A stretch of DNA of 64,000 nt from a virus (IMGVR_UViG_3300033475_000014:12770-76769), one strand, 5' to 3'. Positions 47,109 to 56,624 are shown, numbered from the stretch's first letter. Made by a program: numbers and translations. The notes: generated by a model not told the origin, from the letters alone.

Positions 47109-47501
47109 TTACTTATATCTGATACCATAGAAGTGTAGACGTCCCTCTCCAAGTTTTCTGAGCGTAACTACTACATTGGCACTGCTCTTGCCGACTTTGC
47201 CATATAGTTCATAATGCACAGCTACTTTCCCGTTCTTGAATTTTGGTTTATCTTCTTTTATGAATTTAGAGCCGAGTATGATGCCTGGTGCGTGCTCCAT
47301 CAAGAGTAACCGATTGTAAGCATCCTCACTACTCCTACGCGATCCTCGGCCATCCATATGGAGATGTTCGAACCCGTCGAAAGTAAAGTGCACTGTCTCC
47401 CGCAACATATAACATCTCACCGAAGGCAACTTCTTGTATTCCCTTCGCTTAAGAGCGATGAGCTGTTTAAGAGTCACCTTTGATTTGTCTATATATGCCA
47501 T
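47109..47501 (-). CDS. Basic protein, putative BECR/RelE-like ribonuclease (moron)
   Basis: 130 aa, FTFDGFEHL...R...LHFYGI pattern; own -10 TATACT; fold assignment is inference. Confidence 0.45.
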   Translation of the reverse strand: MAYIDKSKVTLKQLIALKRREYKKLPSVRCYMLRETVHFTFDGFEHLHMDGRGSRRSSEDAYNRLLLMEHAPGIILGSKFIKEDKPKFKNGKVAVHYELYGKVGKSSANVVVTLRKLGEGRLHFYGIRYK

Positions 47502-47624
47502 AACTCGCTATAGTATACAATATGTAACCCTTTAGAGCCATATTACCGCGAAAGCGATGACTACTAACATAAGAATAGACACCCAGCCAGACGGCGGGTA
47601 CTTCTCCTTACTGCTGGCCACAAG

Positions 47625-48269
47625 TTAAGCGCCCACACCAAGCAGGGTAAGATTATGTGCCGTACTGCCACCACCGCCAGCAAGGTATTGGAGTTCTGTG
47701 GTCTTGGTAATCCAAGAGACAGATGCTGACAGTGTTTGGTTGTTAAAGCTATACGATGAAAGCGGTGTATTACTATCGAATATGCAGTTATCATCTGAGC
47801 CACTCTTATACTCAGTCACAAGTGTCATACTCGTAGGCGGGTGCGACCCGATGTTACCTGTAATACCTTTGCCTGTTGCAGTGATAATCACCCAGTCATT
47901 GCCTGGGCTCGCATAGGTAACGATACCCGAAGATGACATCGTACTACTGCTTGCTGCCTGACCTGCTGTTTGTACAAACGGTGTGGTCGCATTTATACCA
48001 GTGTATATCGCGTAGGCGACTGACGTAGTATTCGTGAAAGTCGGTACCGTGTCGCCGCCCACAGCGTACTTATATACAAGGCGCAGTGCGCTACCACCAG
48101 TAGCTTCTGTGCCTGATGTAACCGAGGTATAGCCAGTAGGGATACTTGGTACAGTTGTGCTGGCACTGTTCATAAGATTAAGAACAATAAGATCACCAGC
48201 AGCCCATGTTCCCGTAAAAGTCACTGACCCTGCTGCGCCATTGCCTGATGTTTGTCGACTTATTGCCAT
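47625..48269 (-). CDS. Beta-rich virion/fibre protein
   Basis: AAGDLIVL...PTGYT...LRLVYKYA motif typical of phage minor tail domains. Confidence 0.55.
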   Translation of the reverse strand: MAISRQTSGNGAAGSVTFTGTWAAGDLIVLNLMNSASTTVPSIPTGYTSVTSGTEATGGSALRLVYKYAVGGDTVPTFTNTTSVAYAIYTGINATTPFVQTAGQAASSSTMSSSGIVTYASPGNDWVIITATGKGITGNIGSHPPTSMTLVTEYKSGSDDNCIFDSNTPLSSYSFNNQTLSASVSWITKTTELQYLAGGGGSTAHNLTLLGVGA

Positions 48270-48275
48270 ACCAGC

Positions 48276-49268
48276 CTACTTATAGAAGAAGTTAACATCA
48301 CATGTCGCTCCTGTTGAACCTGTTCGAGTCGTGGTACAAGCAAAACTAATTGCCGTACCGAATGCGATACCTTTATCGAAGTTAACTGTAACACCACCTG
48401 AAGCAGGAATGCCGATAGATAATGTAGGAGTAGTCGTACCAAGTGTGACTGATCCAGAAGCAACGTTGAATATTTGTACATACGCTACTGCTGCTGTGGT
48501 GTTAAATAAGTGGTACCCGTACAGCTGCCCCGCCGAAGCCTTGATAGCGGTTGCTGTAGCGCCTACAGAACCCGTGACGATGCTCAGGCCACCTGAGGTT
48601 ACAGGAGTGTCTACAACTGCGTTAGTTGTGCCTGGTGTTGTTTGGTCAATTCCAACCTTACCTACTAACGCTGACCCAGCTACCAGTGCTGGTAGACGCG
48701 TTACGTCTACGTCGAGGCCGTTGGTAGTATCACTACGTAACCTATCCCAGGTTGTACCGTTGTACCCCATAAGGAACGACTGGTTCTGGTCTAGGTCAGT
48801 CTCGTTAGAATACGCGTCAGCCGCACGCTGAGATGCAGCACGTACAGCATCCCTATTCAATATAGTCTGTAGACGGAATGAGGTTTGTAGGGTACCGCCA
48901 TTAGTATAGACAATGCGGAAGTATCGCGCCTGGCGCGGGACTGCGAATGTCTTACCGGTTGTGGCAGGAATAGTGTAGGTGTCAGTGACATCCCAGTTTG
49001 TGTTATCTGATGACTGCTGAATGGAGAGACCATCCGTGGCAGATGCGTGTGAAGCAATGACCGAAATACGCAGTTCGTTATACGCTAGGACATCCTCCGA
49101 TGTACCAGTAAATACCCCAGCAGCAGCTAGTACTGAAGTAGTTGAGTTATTTGTAGATACCACGCCGGGTTCGCCGACGGGAAGAGCACTCTGGTCAGAG
49201 GCGATTACTACAGGCGAACTATTAGCCATTGTCGCTTGGCCGTTTGCATTGGGTGGTACGTAAGTCAC
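48276..49268 (-). CDS. Tail fibre/virion protein
   Basis: Shares the YxRIVYTNGGTxQTxFRLQ domain with 10843-12360. Confidence 0.55.
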   Translation of the reverse strand: MTYVPPNANGQATMANSSPVVIASDQSALPVGEPGVVSTNNSTTSVLAAAGVFTGTSEDVLAYNELRISVIASHASATDGLSIQQSSDNTNWDVTDTYTIPATTGKTFAVPRQARYFRIVYTNGGTLQTSFRLQTILNRDAVRAASQRAADAYSNETDLDQNQSFLMGYNGTTWDRLRSDTTNGLDVDVTRLPALVAGSALVGKVGIDQTTPGTTNAVVDTPVTSGGLSIVTGSVGATATAIKASAGQLYGYHLFNTTAAVAYVQIFNVASGSVTLGTTTPTLSIGIPASGGVTVNFDKGIAFGTAISFACTTTRTGSTGATCDVNFFYK

Positions 49269-50842
49269 TAGATTATCCTCCAGTTTGAACCATCAGAAAC
49301 AACTTCGAGAGACTGATTTGGAATAATCGTTGCTGTCGTACTACCGTCGATCGTTTGTGATGATGTCGTTGATATAGTTTTATTTGTTGTGTGGATGTTC
49401 TTAATGGTGTATGAGTTGGTGTTAGACACAGCCGTAGGTAGGGTCGGTGCACCACCGCTTCCTACGAACACCACATAATCGGTAGACGATGAAGCACCAA
49501 GCGTTACAGATGTAGTGATGGTCGAGATATTTCTTGTAATTCCAGTACCACCGCCTGCGTACTGAGGAATATTGAGCGTGTTTCCAACTAAGGTTGCAGC
49601 GCCGCTCGTACCAGTAGTCGTGAGTGTGATTGTTCCCTGCTTAGCAGCTAAATCTGATGTAAGGTTTGTTACCTGGCTCTCGGCGATTTGAATCGATGTG
49701 TTGCTAGCGGCTGTGATCAGCCCCTTGGCGTTTACAGTAAACCCAGCAACCTGAGTGGCTGACCCGAATGATCCCACATTTGAGTTCACCGTAGCTAAAG
49801 TAGTAGCGTTGGTGTTATTTGCAGACCCGTTGAATCCAGAACCAGAGCTCGTTACATCACCTGTAAGTATCCCGATCGTACGAGATGTAGTGAGAGTAGC
49901 AGCGCTCCCTGTCGTGTTCTGATTGAGTGTAGGGAATGTGTTAGTTCCAGAGGTGAGGTCTTTGTTGGTGACGGTATTAGAGGTGGTGTCGCCCATCAAA
50001 TTTGTAGTAGCGTTTGGAAGCGTCAGTGTTCTGTTCGCAGTAGGTGTCCCAGCGAATATAAACTTGTTAGCCGTCCCCATAAATAGAGACAACGAATCAT
50101 TTGCAGATATGCCGGCTCCGAAAGAAGCTCCCAAGTCGTCTATATAGGTTGCTACGCCGATCGAAGCGAAGTCGAGAGAAACCCCCTGATTGGTAGGAAA
50201 GAATAGAGATCCGCCAGCACTCATAGTAACTGGTGAGTTCTTTATAATCTTCCCTGTTGTACCGTTGAATATCACTAGCGCTAGGTCTGTTGAACTAGCT
50301 GGCCCTGTGACGTCTCCGGTTCCGGCAGTGCCGCTTGATGCAGAGGTGACACGTCCTTGTGCATCGACTGTTACGCTTGCATTTGTATAGCTGCCTGGTG
50401 TAACCGCTGTGTTCGCAAGTGTAAGAGTTCTGTTAGCTGAAAGATCACCGCCACCTGTTAATCCGGTGCCAGCTGATATAGTTGTTGATTTATCTGTTTT
50501 CAAGTTTAAGGCTGTCTGTGTTGCCGTAGAAACGGGTTTGCTAGCATCACTTGTGTTATCAACATTTCCAAGCCCAACGTCCCCTTTTACGAGGCTATGC
50601 CAGCTAGTGTCGTAGTTTGTTCCGGATGCTTTCTGCAGCACTTGTCCTGTAGTACCACCCGTAGCTACCCCCGGTCCTGTCGCACCCGTAGGCCCAGTAG
50701 CTCCGGTGTCACCTTTTGGGCCCTGAACTACTGAAGTACCAACGGTCGTCTGCCGGGTAACAGCTGAAACATTTGAGCTTGCGTTCTGGTCAAGCCCTGA
50801 TAGATTTACCGCTATGTTGATTCGTTCAGTAGGTGTAGCCAT
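49268..50842 (-). CDS. Tail fibre protein with a collagen repeat
   Basis: GPKGDTGATGPTGATGPG, VGLGNVDNTSDASKPVSTA, GTGLTGGGDLSANRTL. Confidence 0.75.
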   Translation of the reverse strand: MATPTERINIAVNLSGLDQNASSNVSAVTRQTTVGTSVVQGPKGDTGATGPTGATGPGVATGGTTGQVLQKASGTNYDTSWHSLVKGDVGLGNVDNTSDASKPVSTATQTALNLKTDKSTTISAGTGLTGGGDLSANRTLTLANTAVTPGSYTNASVTVDAQGRVTSASSGTAGTGDVTGPASSTDLALVIFNGTTGKIIKNSPVTMSAGGSLFFPTNQGVSLDFASIGVATYIDDLGASFGAGISANDSLSLFMGTANKFIFAGTPTANRTLTLPNATTNLMGDTTSNTVTNKDLTSGTNTFPTLNQNTTGSAATLTTSRTIGILTGDVTSSGSGFNGSANNTNATTLATVNSNVGSFGSATQVAGFTVNAKGLITAASNTSIQIAESQVTNLTSDLAAKQGTITLTTTGTSGAATLVGNTLNIPQYAGGGTGITRNISTITTSVTLGASSSTDYVVFVGSGGAPTLPTAVSNTNSYTIKNIHTTNKTISTTSSQTIDGSTTATIIPNQSLEVVSDGSNWRII

Positions 50843-51219
50843 TATGATTCAATCCTGTTAAAGTCAGCATCTACTCCGAAGGTCCCTCTTACGGGAGTCA
50901 TAACGCGTTTTAAAGTACCCGATTGGTTGTTGAATATCTGTACGTCGAAGTAGTAAGTAGTTCCGGGTACTAAGTCTTTAGTCGAGTTGCTTGCCTGGTC
51001 ATTTAATAACTGGAAGTTAACTACTCCCGTTGTGTCACCGCTAGTCGAGATACGGATAATAGGGACATCCGAGTTATCAGGATTAGAGTTAGAGGTAGCT
51101 GTGAACGTAATGACGTAGCCTGTTAAATCAACCAATGTTGTACCGACGCTAAAGGTAAACGTCAACAGGGGTGTATCACCGCGTATCAAGTTGTCCAATT
51201 TAGTTAATTTATTAGCCAT
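50842..51219 (-). CDS. BppU-N-like fibre attachment protein
   Basis: IRGDTPLLTF...VDLTGY...YYFDVQI. Confidence 0.55.
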   Translation of the reverse strand: MANKLTKLDNLIRGDTPLLTFTFSVGTTLVDLTGYVITFTATSNSNPDNSDVPIIRISTSGDTTGVVNFQLLNDQASNSTKDLVPGTTYYFDVQIFNNQSGTLKRVMTPVRGTFGVDADFNRIES

Positions 51220-51270
51220 ATCGTCCTTTGTTTAATTTGGTGGGGGAGATATTTCACTCCCCCGTCTTCA

Positions 51271-51648
51271 CTACGCCTCGCGAGTGATCGTGCCCATAAC
51301 TTGCTGGAAAGTCCAACCAGTTACACCAGCAGTACCAGTACCAAGAATGGTGAACTCATCCTTAGCGCGGCTGGTAGCCTTTGATACCACTGCGTCTTTG
51401 TTGATAGCAGCCGTAAAGCCGTTACCAGTAAAGCCGTCAGCTGCTGCAGGTGATACAGCGTAAGCATATTCACCGTCATAGCGTGAGCCGTTCTTAAACG
51501 TGTAGGTAAGGCCAAGTGCTGTTGATGGAAGAGTGATTACTACACCATCTGCCTTTACTACAAACGTCTTACCACTGTCTGCTGCTGTTAGGGTTACGTT
51601 ACCCGTAACATCTGTAGCAGAGCGGTTAAAGTGACTGTTTAAAGTCAT
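51271..51648 (-). CDS. Capsid decoration/fibre-like protein
   Basis: LTAADSGKTF motif, near the capsid gene. Confidence 0.55.
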   Translation of the reverse strand: MTLNSHFNRSATDVTGNVTLTAADSGKTFVVKADGVVITLPSTALGLTYTFKNGSRYDGEYAYAVSPAAADGFTGNGFTAAINKDAVVSKATSRAKDEFTILGTGTAGVTGWTFQQVMGTITREA

Positions 51649-51649
51649 A

Positions 51650-51937
51650 TTATTTGTCTCCTTCTACCTGAGCGGCTTTGCGTGCTTCTTCGCGCGCAGC
51701 CTTAGTCTTCTCGACATACTCGTTAGTTTCTGATTCAGTAGCTGCACGGTAGCCAGCGTGAAGGAATGCTTCGACGTGAGCCTGGTCGTTTGATGCAAGG
51801 AATTTCTTCTCGCCGACTGGTTCGTCTTGCTCGTTGCGTGGTTGGAATACGTATACGCCGAGCTTTACATCTTTTTCACTTACTTCAGGTGCGTTACCTG
51901 GCTGGTTCTGTGGGTCTTTAGGGTCTGGTTTAGCCAT
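51650..51937 (-). CDS. Hypothetical head-region protein
   Basis: 95 aa, AGGA SD. Confidence 0.5.
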   Translation of the reverse strand: MAKPDPKDPQNQPGNAPEVSEKDVKLGVYVFQPRNEQDEPVGEKKFLASNDQAHVEAFLHAGYRAATESETNEYVEKTKAAREEARKAAQVEGDK

Positions 51938-51947
51938 AAAATCCTCC

Positions 51948-52424
51948 TTAGTTTGTTACTAACATTTGTCGTTCGTTTTCCGCATCACGTCGCGCTTCCA
52001 CTGCATCTGCTAGGCGTTTGAAATAACCTAAGTTCTTTCTCTTGCCCTTAAAATCGATGTAAGCTGACCATAAGTTGGCTCGCTTGAAGAAATGCACCCC
52101 AGCATATCCACTCGTGTTCACTCTCGCTAAACGCTTATTGAGTGACTGAGTTGTCATATTGCTCCATCGACAGTTGTATTTGCTGTAGTTTCCGTTTGTA
52201 TCGGCTCGGTCGAGCGTGTATCCTTTTGGGCGCTCTCCCATATCTCGTACAAAGTGTTTGAATCCTAATCTACCTTGCCAGTCTGCACAGACTTTGATAC
52301 CGCGGCCACCATAGTAGCTGTAGTACTTTCCGTTTGGGTTATTACACCGAGCGAGCATACCTTTATATGTTGTGTATAAAGGGTGATCCTTCGCGTATAG
52401 TCCTTCAATTTTTACTAGCTTCAT
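51948..52424 (-). CDS. HNH-AP2 endonuclease
   Basis: RCNNPN...YYGGRGIKVC...TLDRADTNGNY plus AP2; likely start MKLVKIEG. Confidence 0.85.
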   Translation of the reverse strand: MKLVKIEGLYAKDHPLYTTYKGMLARCNNPNGKYYSYYGGRGIKVCADWQGRLGFKHFVRDMGERPKGYTLDRADTNGNYSKYNCRWSNMTTQSLNKRLARVNTSGYAGVHFFKRANLWSAYIDFKGKRKNLGYFKRLADAVEARRDAENERQMLVTN

Positions 52425-52476
52425 GTTTCTTAGAATCCTGCGTAATTTATGATGTTGGAATACTGTCCGACCCCTG

Positions 52477-53319
52477 TTATGCTTCCATGTGAACTCGTAA
52501 GGCTTTACCACGATTGCTTGGGATAAATGCGTCGTAGTAGCGGCGGCCTTCAACAACCCAGCCGTCGATACCCTGTACTTCAGTGAGTGTGCGGATCATG
52601 TCGAACTTAGTTGGTGCAACAAGTACGTCATCAGCAACGATCACCCATGCAGTGTTCGTAGGAAGGTAGCTTGTTGGAACTGGAACGATTTTTACACCGT
52701 CTACAGTGGTAACAACACCCGTCTTTACGTCTGCATATGCGTCGTCAGAAGCAAGCTTGAACTCAGCGTTACGGCGGAGTAGGTTCCACTTAGCGCGAGT
52801 CATGAACGCTACGAGGTTGTCTGGCTCTACTGAGTCAGTGTCGTAAAGGTCTGATACTTGGTTAACGAATGTTGAGTACGAGTTTGAGGTCGTAATAACT
52901 GCAGGTGTGTCGGTCTGGCTGTTAGCAACTGCGTATGCCTGCATAGTTGCAAGGCGGTACTTGTCAGTTGTAGGCACAGATACTTCACGAACCTGTCGTT
53001 TAACTGTTGAGCCAACTTCGTTGACCATCATGTTGTCTGCGTAGTTACCGCGGTCGATTGTGTAGGTAAATGCCTTGTCCTGTGAAAGGGTGAAGGTTTG
53101 TGTACCAAGACCAAGCTCTACGAGCTGACCGAAGCGGTTTGCACCATCTCGGACGTAGTCAACTTCAGCTACAGTGCTAAAGTTGTAGATTGTTACTGAA
53201 CGTCGTCCATCAAACTCTAGGCGGATGCCTTTGTTGATAACGATGTCAGTCTTTGCTTTTACGAAATACTTCTCATCAATTACTTTTAGGTGAGAAGCGG
53301 CAAAAGGCATAACTGCCAT
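52477..53319 (-). CDS. Major capsid protein (module B)
   Basis: 280 aa, TLSQDKAFTYTIDR...DKYRL...VDGVKIV...VEGRRYYDAF (P22-coat/N4 gp56-like). Confidence 0.85.
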   Translation of the reverse strand: MAVMPFAASHLKVIDEKYFVKAKTDIVINKGIRLEFDGRRSVTIYNFSTVAEVDYVRDGANRFGQLVELGLGTQTFTLSQDKAFTYTIDRGNYADNMMVNEVGSTVKRQVREVSVPTTDKYRLATMQAYAVANSQTDTPAVITTSNSYSTFVNQVSDLYDTDSVEPDNLVAFMTRAKWNLLRRNAEFKLASDDAYADVKTGVVTTVDGVKIVPVPTSYLPTNTAWVIVADDVLVAPTKFDMIRTLTEVQGIDGWVVEGRRYYDAFIPSNRGKALRVHMEA

Positions 53320-53332
53320 TTTTTAACTCCTG

Positions 53333-54130
53333 TTAATCTGCAAGGAGGGCTTCCATCAAAGGATCTTTCTTCTCATCTTTCGGTGAGGCGATCGGGGTTA
53401 CATCTGCTGCACTAGCGGTTCTTTCATAGTCACGCTTACCAGCGATTGCTCCCTGTTTCTTTCCTTCTTCACGAGCCTCTGCATAGCTTTTATAAAAATC
53501 GTACGGAAGGACTCGGGCCTGGGTAATGAAGCCGGTGTTAGGGTCAGTGGTAAGGCCAGATGCGGCAATCCATTGGTCTCGTACCTTTTCAGCAAATTTC
53601 GGATCGTACTCTTTGCTGTCTGGGTCGAATACTGGAAAGTCATGTGCAACTTGTAGGGCTTCCATGTTCAAATCAGTGTTTAACGCAGTGATATGAGCAT
53701 TAGCCTGATCCATAAGCCTCTCTTGGCGTAATACCTCGATTTGGGCTTGTGTCTCATCCATTCCACTCTCTTGCAACTGCTCCGCCGTCTGAGGCTGGTA
53801 GAATTGAGCATTTAATGCTTCAACCTGCTGCTTCAGTGCACGGTTTTCATTTGCAAGTGACCTAATACGGTTCTGAGCCGAGTTCTTAGGTTTTGACTCA
53901 TCATCAGATTCTGTTTCATCGGCTTGTTCCTCTTCGTCGCCCTCAGGCTTCTCAGACTCATCGCCTTCTGTTTCCTCTTCTTGATTAGTCGTCTCATCTT
54001 TGTTTTCTTCGGTTGACGAGTCCTCGGCGGTAGTTTCTTGAGTCTCTACCTCTGTTGGTGTCTCTTCTTCATTGAAGTCGAGCGCGTCCATTGGGTTTAC
54101 GTCAGTTGTTGCTGAATCTAATTCAGGCAT
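53333..54130 (-). CDS. Capsid scaffolding protein (module B)
   Basis: Acidic N-terminus, RIRSLANENRAL coiled coil, FPVFDPDSKEYD. Confidence 0.75.
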   Translation of the reverse strand: MPELDSATTDVNPMDALDFNEEETPTEVETQETTAEDSSTEENKDETTNQEEETEGDESEKPEGDEEEQADETESDDESKPKNSAQNRIRSLANENRALKQQVEALNAQFYQPQTAEQLQESGMDETQAQIEVLRQERLMDQANAHITALNTDLNMEALQVAHDFPVFDPDSKEYDPKFAEKVRDQWIAASGLTTDPNTGFITQARVLPYDFYKSYAEAREEGKKQGAIAGKRDYERTASAADVTPIASPKDEKKDPLMEALLAD

Positions 54131-54229
54131 ATGTTCTCCTTATTGTTTTACGTGCGTACGGGCACGAGCCGTGGAGCTGGATGATCTCCTTTCAATCCGT
54201 AGTAAGAGTACGAACTGAAAGCAAACCAC

Positions 54230-54532
54230 CTATTGCTTGCCGGCTTCAGCCATAGCTTTAAGCGCCTCCAGTTTCGTTTTAAGTTTCTCTACATACTTCT
54301 CGTTAGCTGTCGTAATAATCTGTACCTGTATCTGTGGCATAGCGGATGTGATACCGAGCTTTGTAATAGAGTCCGCGTCGGCAATGTCTTGCTCAAAGTC
54401 CTTAATAAGGTCATTAATAACTGGGTATGAACTCTCAGCTTTGTTGATGTATTCGCGGTTCTCTTTCTCTTGCTCTGCTGGGATTGCAGACGGGTCGAAT
54501 ACTGCGCCATCGTTAGGGATAAAGTCTTCCAC
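54230..54532 (-). CDS. Hypothetical protein
   Basis: 100 aa, coupled to the portal gene. Confidence 0.55.
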   Translation of the reverse strand: MEDFIPNDGAVFDPSAIPAEQEKENREYINKAESSYPVINDLIKDFEQDIADADSITKLGITSAMPQIQVQIITTANEKYVEKLKTKLEALKAMAEAGKQ

Positions 54533-56553
54533 TACATACCTCCTTGTGGTTGCATAGATTGAGCAATTACCTGTAGAACTTCGTCATCAGGAATACCTTG
54601 GCGCATCATTACAATCGCCTGTTCGATAACGTCATCTGGTAGACCGCGGTCCTGGAGACCTTGTACAAGCATCATCTCGTGAGGTTCTAGTTGTTCCTCA
54701 CCCTGTTCTTCAGGTTGATCTTGTGCGGTTTCAAGAGTCTGCATATCTGGTATCTCAGACATCTCTTCTTGAGGCTGCATCTGTTGGTCAGTAGGTTGCT
54801 GTGCATCTTGTGGTAGTTGCTGGCTTTGTTGTGCCGCCTGAGCTTGCATCATCTGCTGTTGTGCTGCTTGCTGTTCAGCCATAGCCTGTTGCTGTTTGAT
54901 CTGTTCTGCAAACTGTTTAGCATCTACCTGGAGCGCTTCAGCGTCCTCTACGCCAGATAGAGCAATAACCTTGTTGTATAGCTCAGCCTGCTTCTCTGGG
55001 TATTGCTGCATAATTGCCTGAAGCATAGGAGAGTTCTGTACTCGCTCAAGAATAGTGTCGATGTTCTCCATCTGCTTCTCGTCTGACTCTTTGTCTGAGG
55101 TAGAAGCATCAACAGTAAATCGAAGCATCTCAGTGTATTCGTCGTAGTTGATGGTGTACTTGTTGTCATCAGTAACAAGACTTGGGTCGATCTCACGTAC
55201 CTTGCGTGCTGTGTCGTCGTCGAGTTCAATCTCTTCAAGACCATGCTTGTTAGAGAAATGGATGTTAAGCATCGTCTCACAGTTGTCTGACCACCACGCC
55301 TCAAACTGTTTGCGCATGTAGTTATCTGATACACCAAGCTTTAGTTGCTGTGCTTGTACACCAGCAGAGGTCTTAGAGAATCCTGGGTTACCTACTTCTG
55401 ATGAAGTGGAAGTATCGCCGTTGTTGTTTAATGCGAGGATCTGAGACTTGAACAACCCATAGTCTTGGGTAAAGTTAGACAAAGCAGTAGTGTCGAGGGT
55501 TAATGGTTCGAGAGTACTGTTCTCGTCTGAACCAAGATCGATAATTGCGTTAGGCTGTAGTTTAGCCTTAGATTTGTCCCAGTTGCCACGCTTAATAAGA
55601 GGTGGAGCTAGCATAAGAGCACGGTTGTACTGGTAACTCTGCAGCATTGAGTCGATAACGTTCTGCATGCCGCCAGACATCTCAATAACTCCTCGGCCGA
55701 GTGGGTTCTCAAAGTCGAGGGTTGTGTACATGTAATTAACTGGCATCTTGCCACGTGGGTCTTTGTTTACACGCTCACAGATAAACTCTTCTGGACCAGT
55801 AGCCCAAGAAAAGAACTTAGCACCTACGCCTTTTTGAAAGCCATGGATAACCTCAATAGCCTCTGAACGTGCACTACGTTCTTTCTCGCCTGATGACTTA
55901 GCTTCTTCAGCTTTCTCTTGGCACCAGTCTTTAAGACGCTTAAGCGCAGGTAGATTCCACTCCTCGTCGTACGCTTCACCACGTTCACGAGAAGCTTTAC
56001 GTTGCTTCTGCATACGGTCGATAATTGCTTCAATGTCGCTCTTTTGGTACCACGCACGAACAAAGAAATAGTCGCATGATTGGAACGTAAGCTTACCTGA
56101 TTGGAAAAATCCGTCTTTTACGTAGAAGTATTTGAAATCAGCACCATATGAGTAATCGTGCTTTGTGAATAAGTTCATGGTACCGATAGCACCAAATGTC
56201 ATAGATTTAGATACAACTGCCCAACACTTCTGGATAGCATCAGCATCTAGGTTGGCGTTTGGGATAATGTCGTTGTAGAGTACAAAGTTGGCAACGATAC
56301 TCATCACCGTGCCTTGGGTAGTCTCTACTTTACCTGATGGTAACTGCTGGATAACACGCTTAGGAAGGCTATCAACAATACCAGCCATAGTGCCATCAGT
56401 ATTCTTTGGGTATGACTTGTTGATACCAGGGTGAGGACGGTTACGAGCAATACGCTCATATTCAGACAACGGATCAAAGAATGGCGTCATATACGCCTTG
56501 GAGCTCTCCCATCGTTCTTTGAAGTTGTCTTTTGTTAAGAAGGGCACTGACAC
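54532..56553 (-). CDS. Portal protein (module B)
   Basis: 673 aa after terL, GRGVIE motif, Gln-rich tail. Confidence 0.8.
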   Translation of the reverse strand: MSVPFLTKDNFKERWESSKAYMTPFFDPLSEYERIARNRPHPGINKSYPKNTDGTMAGIVDSLPKRVIQQLPSGKVETTQGTVMSIVANFVLYNDIIPNANLDADAIQKCWAVVSKSMTFGAIGTMNLFTKHDYSYGADFKYFYVKDGFFQSGKLTFQSCDYFFVRAWYQKSDIEAIIDRMQKQRKASRERGEAYDEEWNLPALKRLKDWCQEKAEEAKSSGEKERSARSEAIEVIHGFQKGVGAKFFSWATGPEEFICERVNKDPRGKMPVNYMYTTLDFENPLGRGVIEMSGGMQNVIDSMLQSYQYNRALMLAPPLIKRGNWDKSKAKLQPNAIIDLGSDENSTLEPLTLDTTALSNFTQDYGLFKSQILALNNNGDTSTSSEVGNPGFSKTSAGVQAQQLKLGVSDNYMRKQFEAWWSDNCETMLNIHFSNKHGLEEIELDDDTARKVREIDPSLVTDDNKYTINYDEYTEMLRFTVDASTSDKESDEKQMENIDTILERVQNSPMLQAIMQQYPEKQAELYNKVIALSGVEDAEALQVDAKQFAEQIKQQQAMAEQQAAQQQMMQAQAAQQSQQLPQDAQQPTDQQMQPQEEMSEIPDMQTLETAQDQPEEQGEEQLEPHEMMLVQGLQDRGLPDDVIEQAIVMMRQGIPDDEVLQVIAQSMQPQGGM

Positions 56554-56597
56554 ATTCCTTAGGTTTGCGACCCTGTGTGTCAGTAGCCTTTTATGTT

Positions 56598-56622
56598 ATA
56601 TTAGCAGTCGTTTATTGGTAAA
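56598..56622 (-). promoter_or_regulatory. Module B late promoter 3 (before the portal gene)
   Basis: TTTACCAATAA-N8-TAATAT. Confidence 0.65.
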
Positions 56623-56624
56623 AA

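Noticed and set aside
7307-49263. Long plus-strand ORFs opposite fibre and virion genes (e.g. 7307-7945, 14185-14643, 42442-42924, 48331-48831)
   Set aside because: Shadow frames caused by Thr/Ala/Gly codon bias; no SD or recognisable domains.
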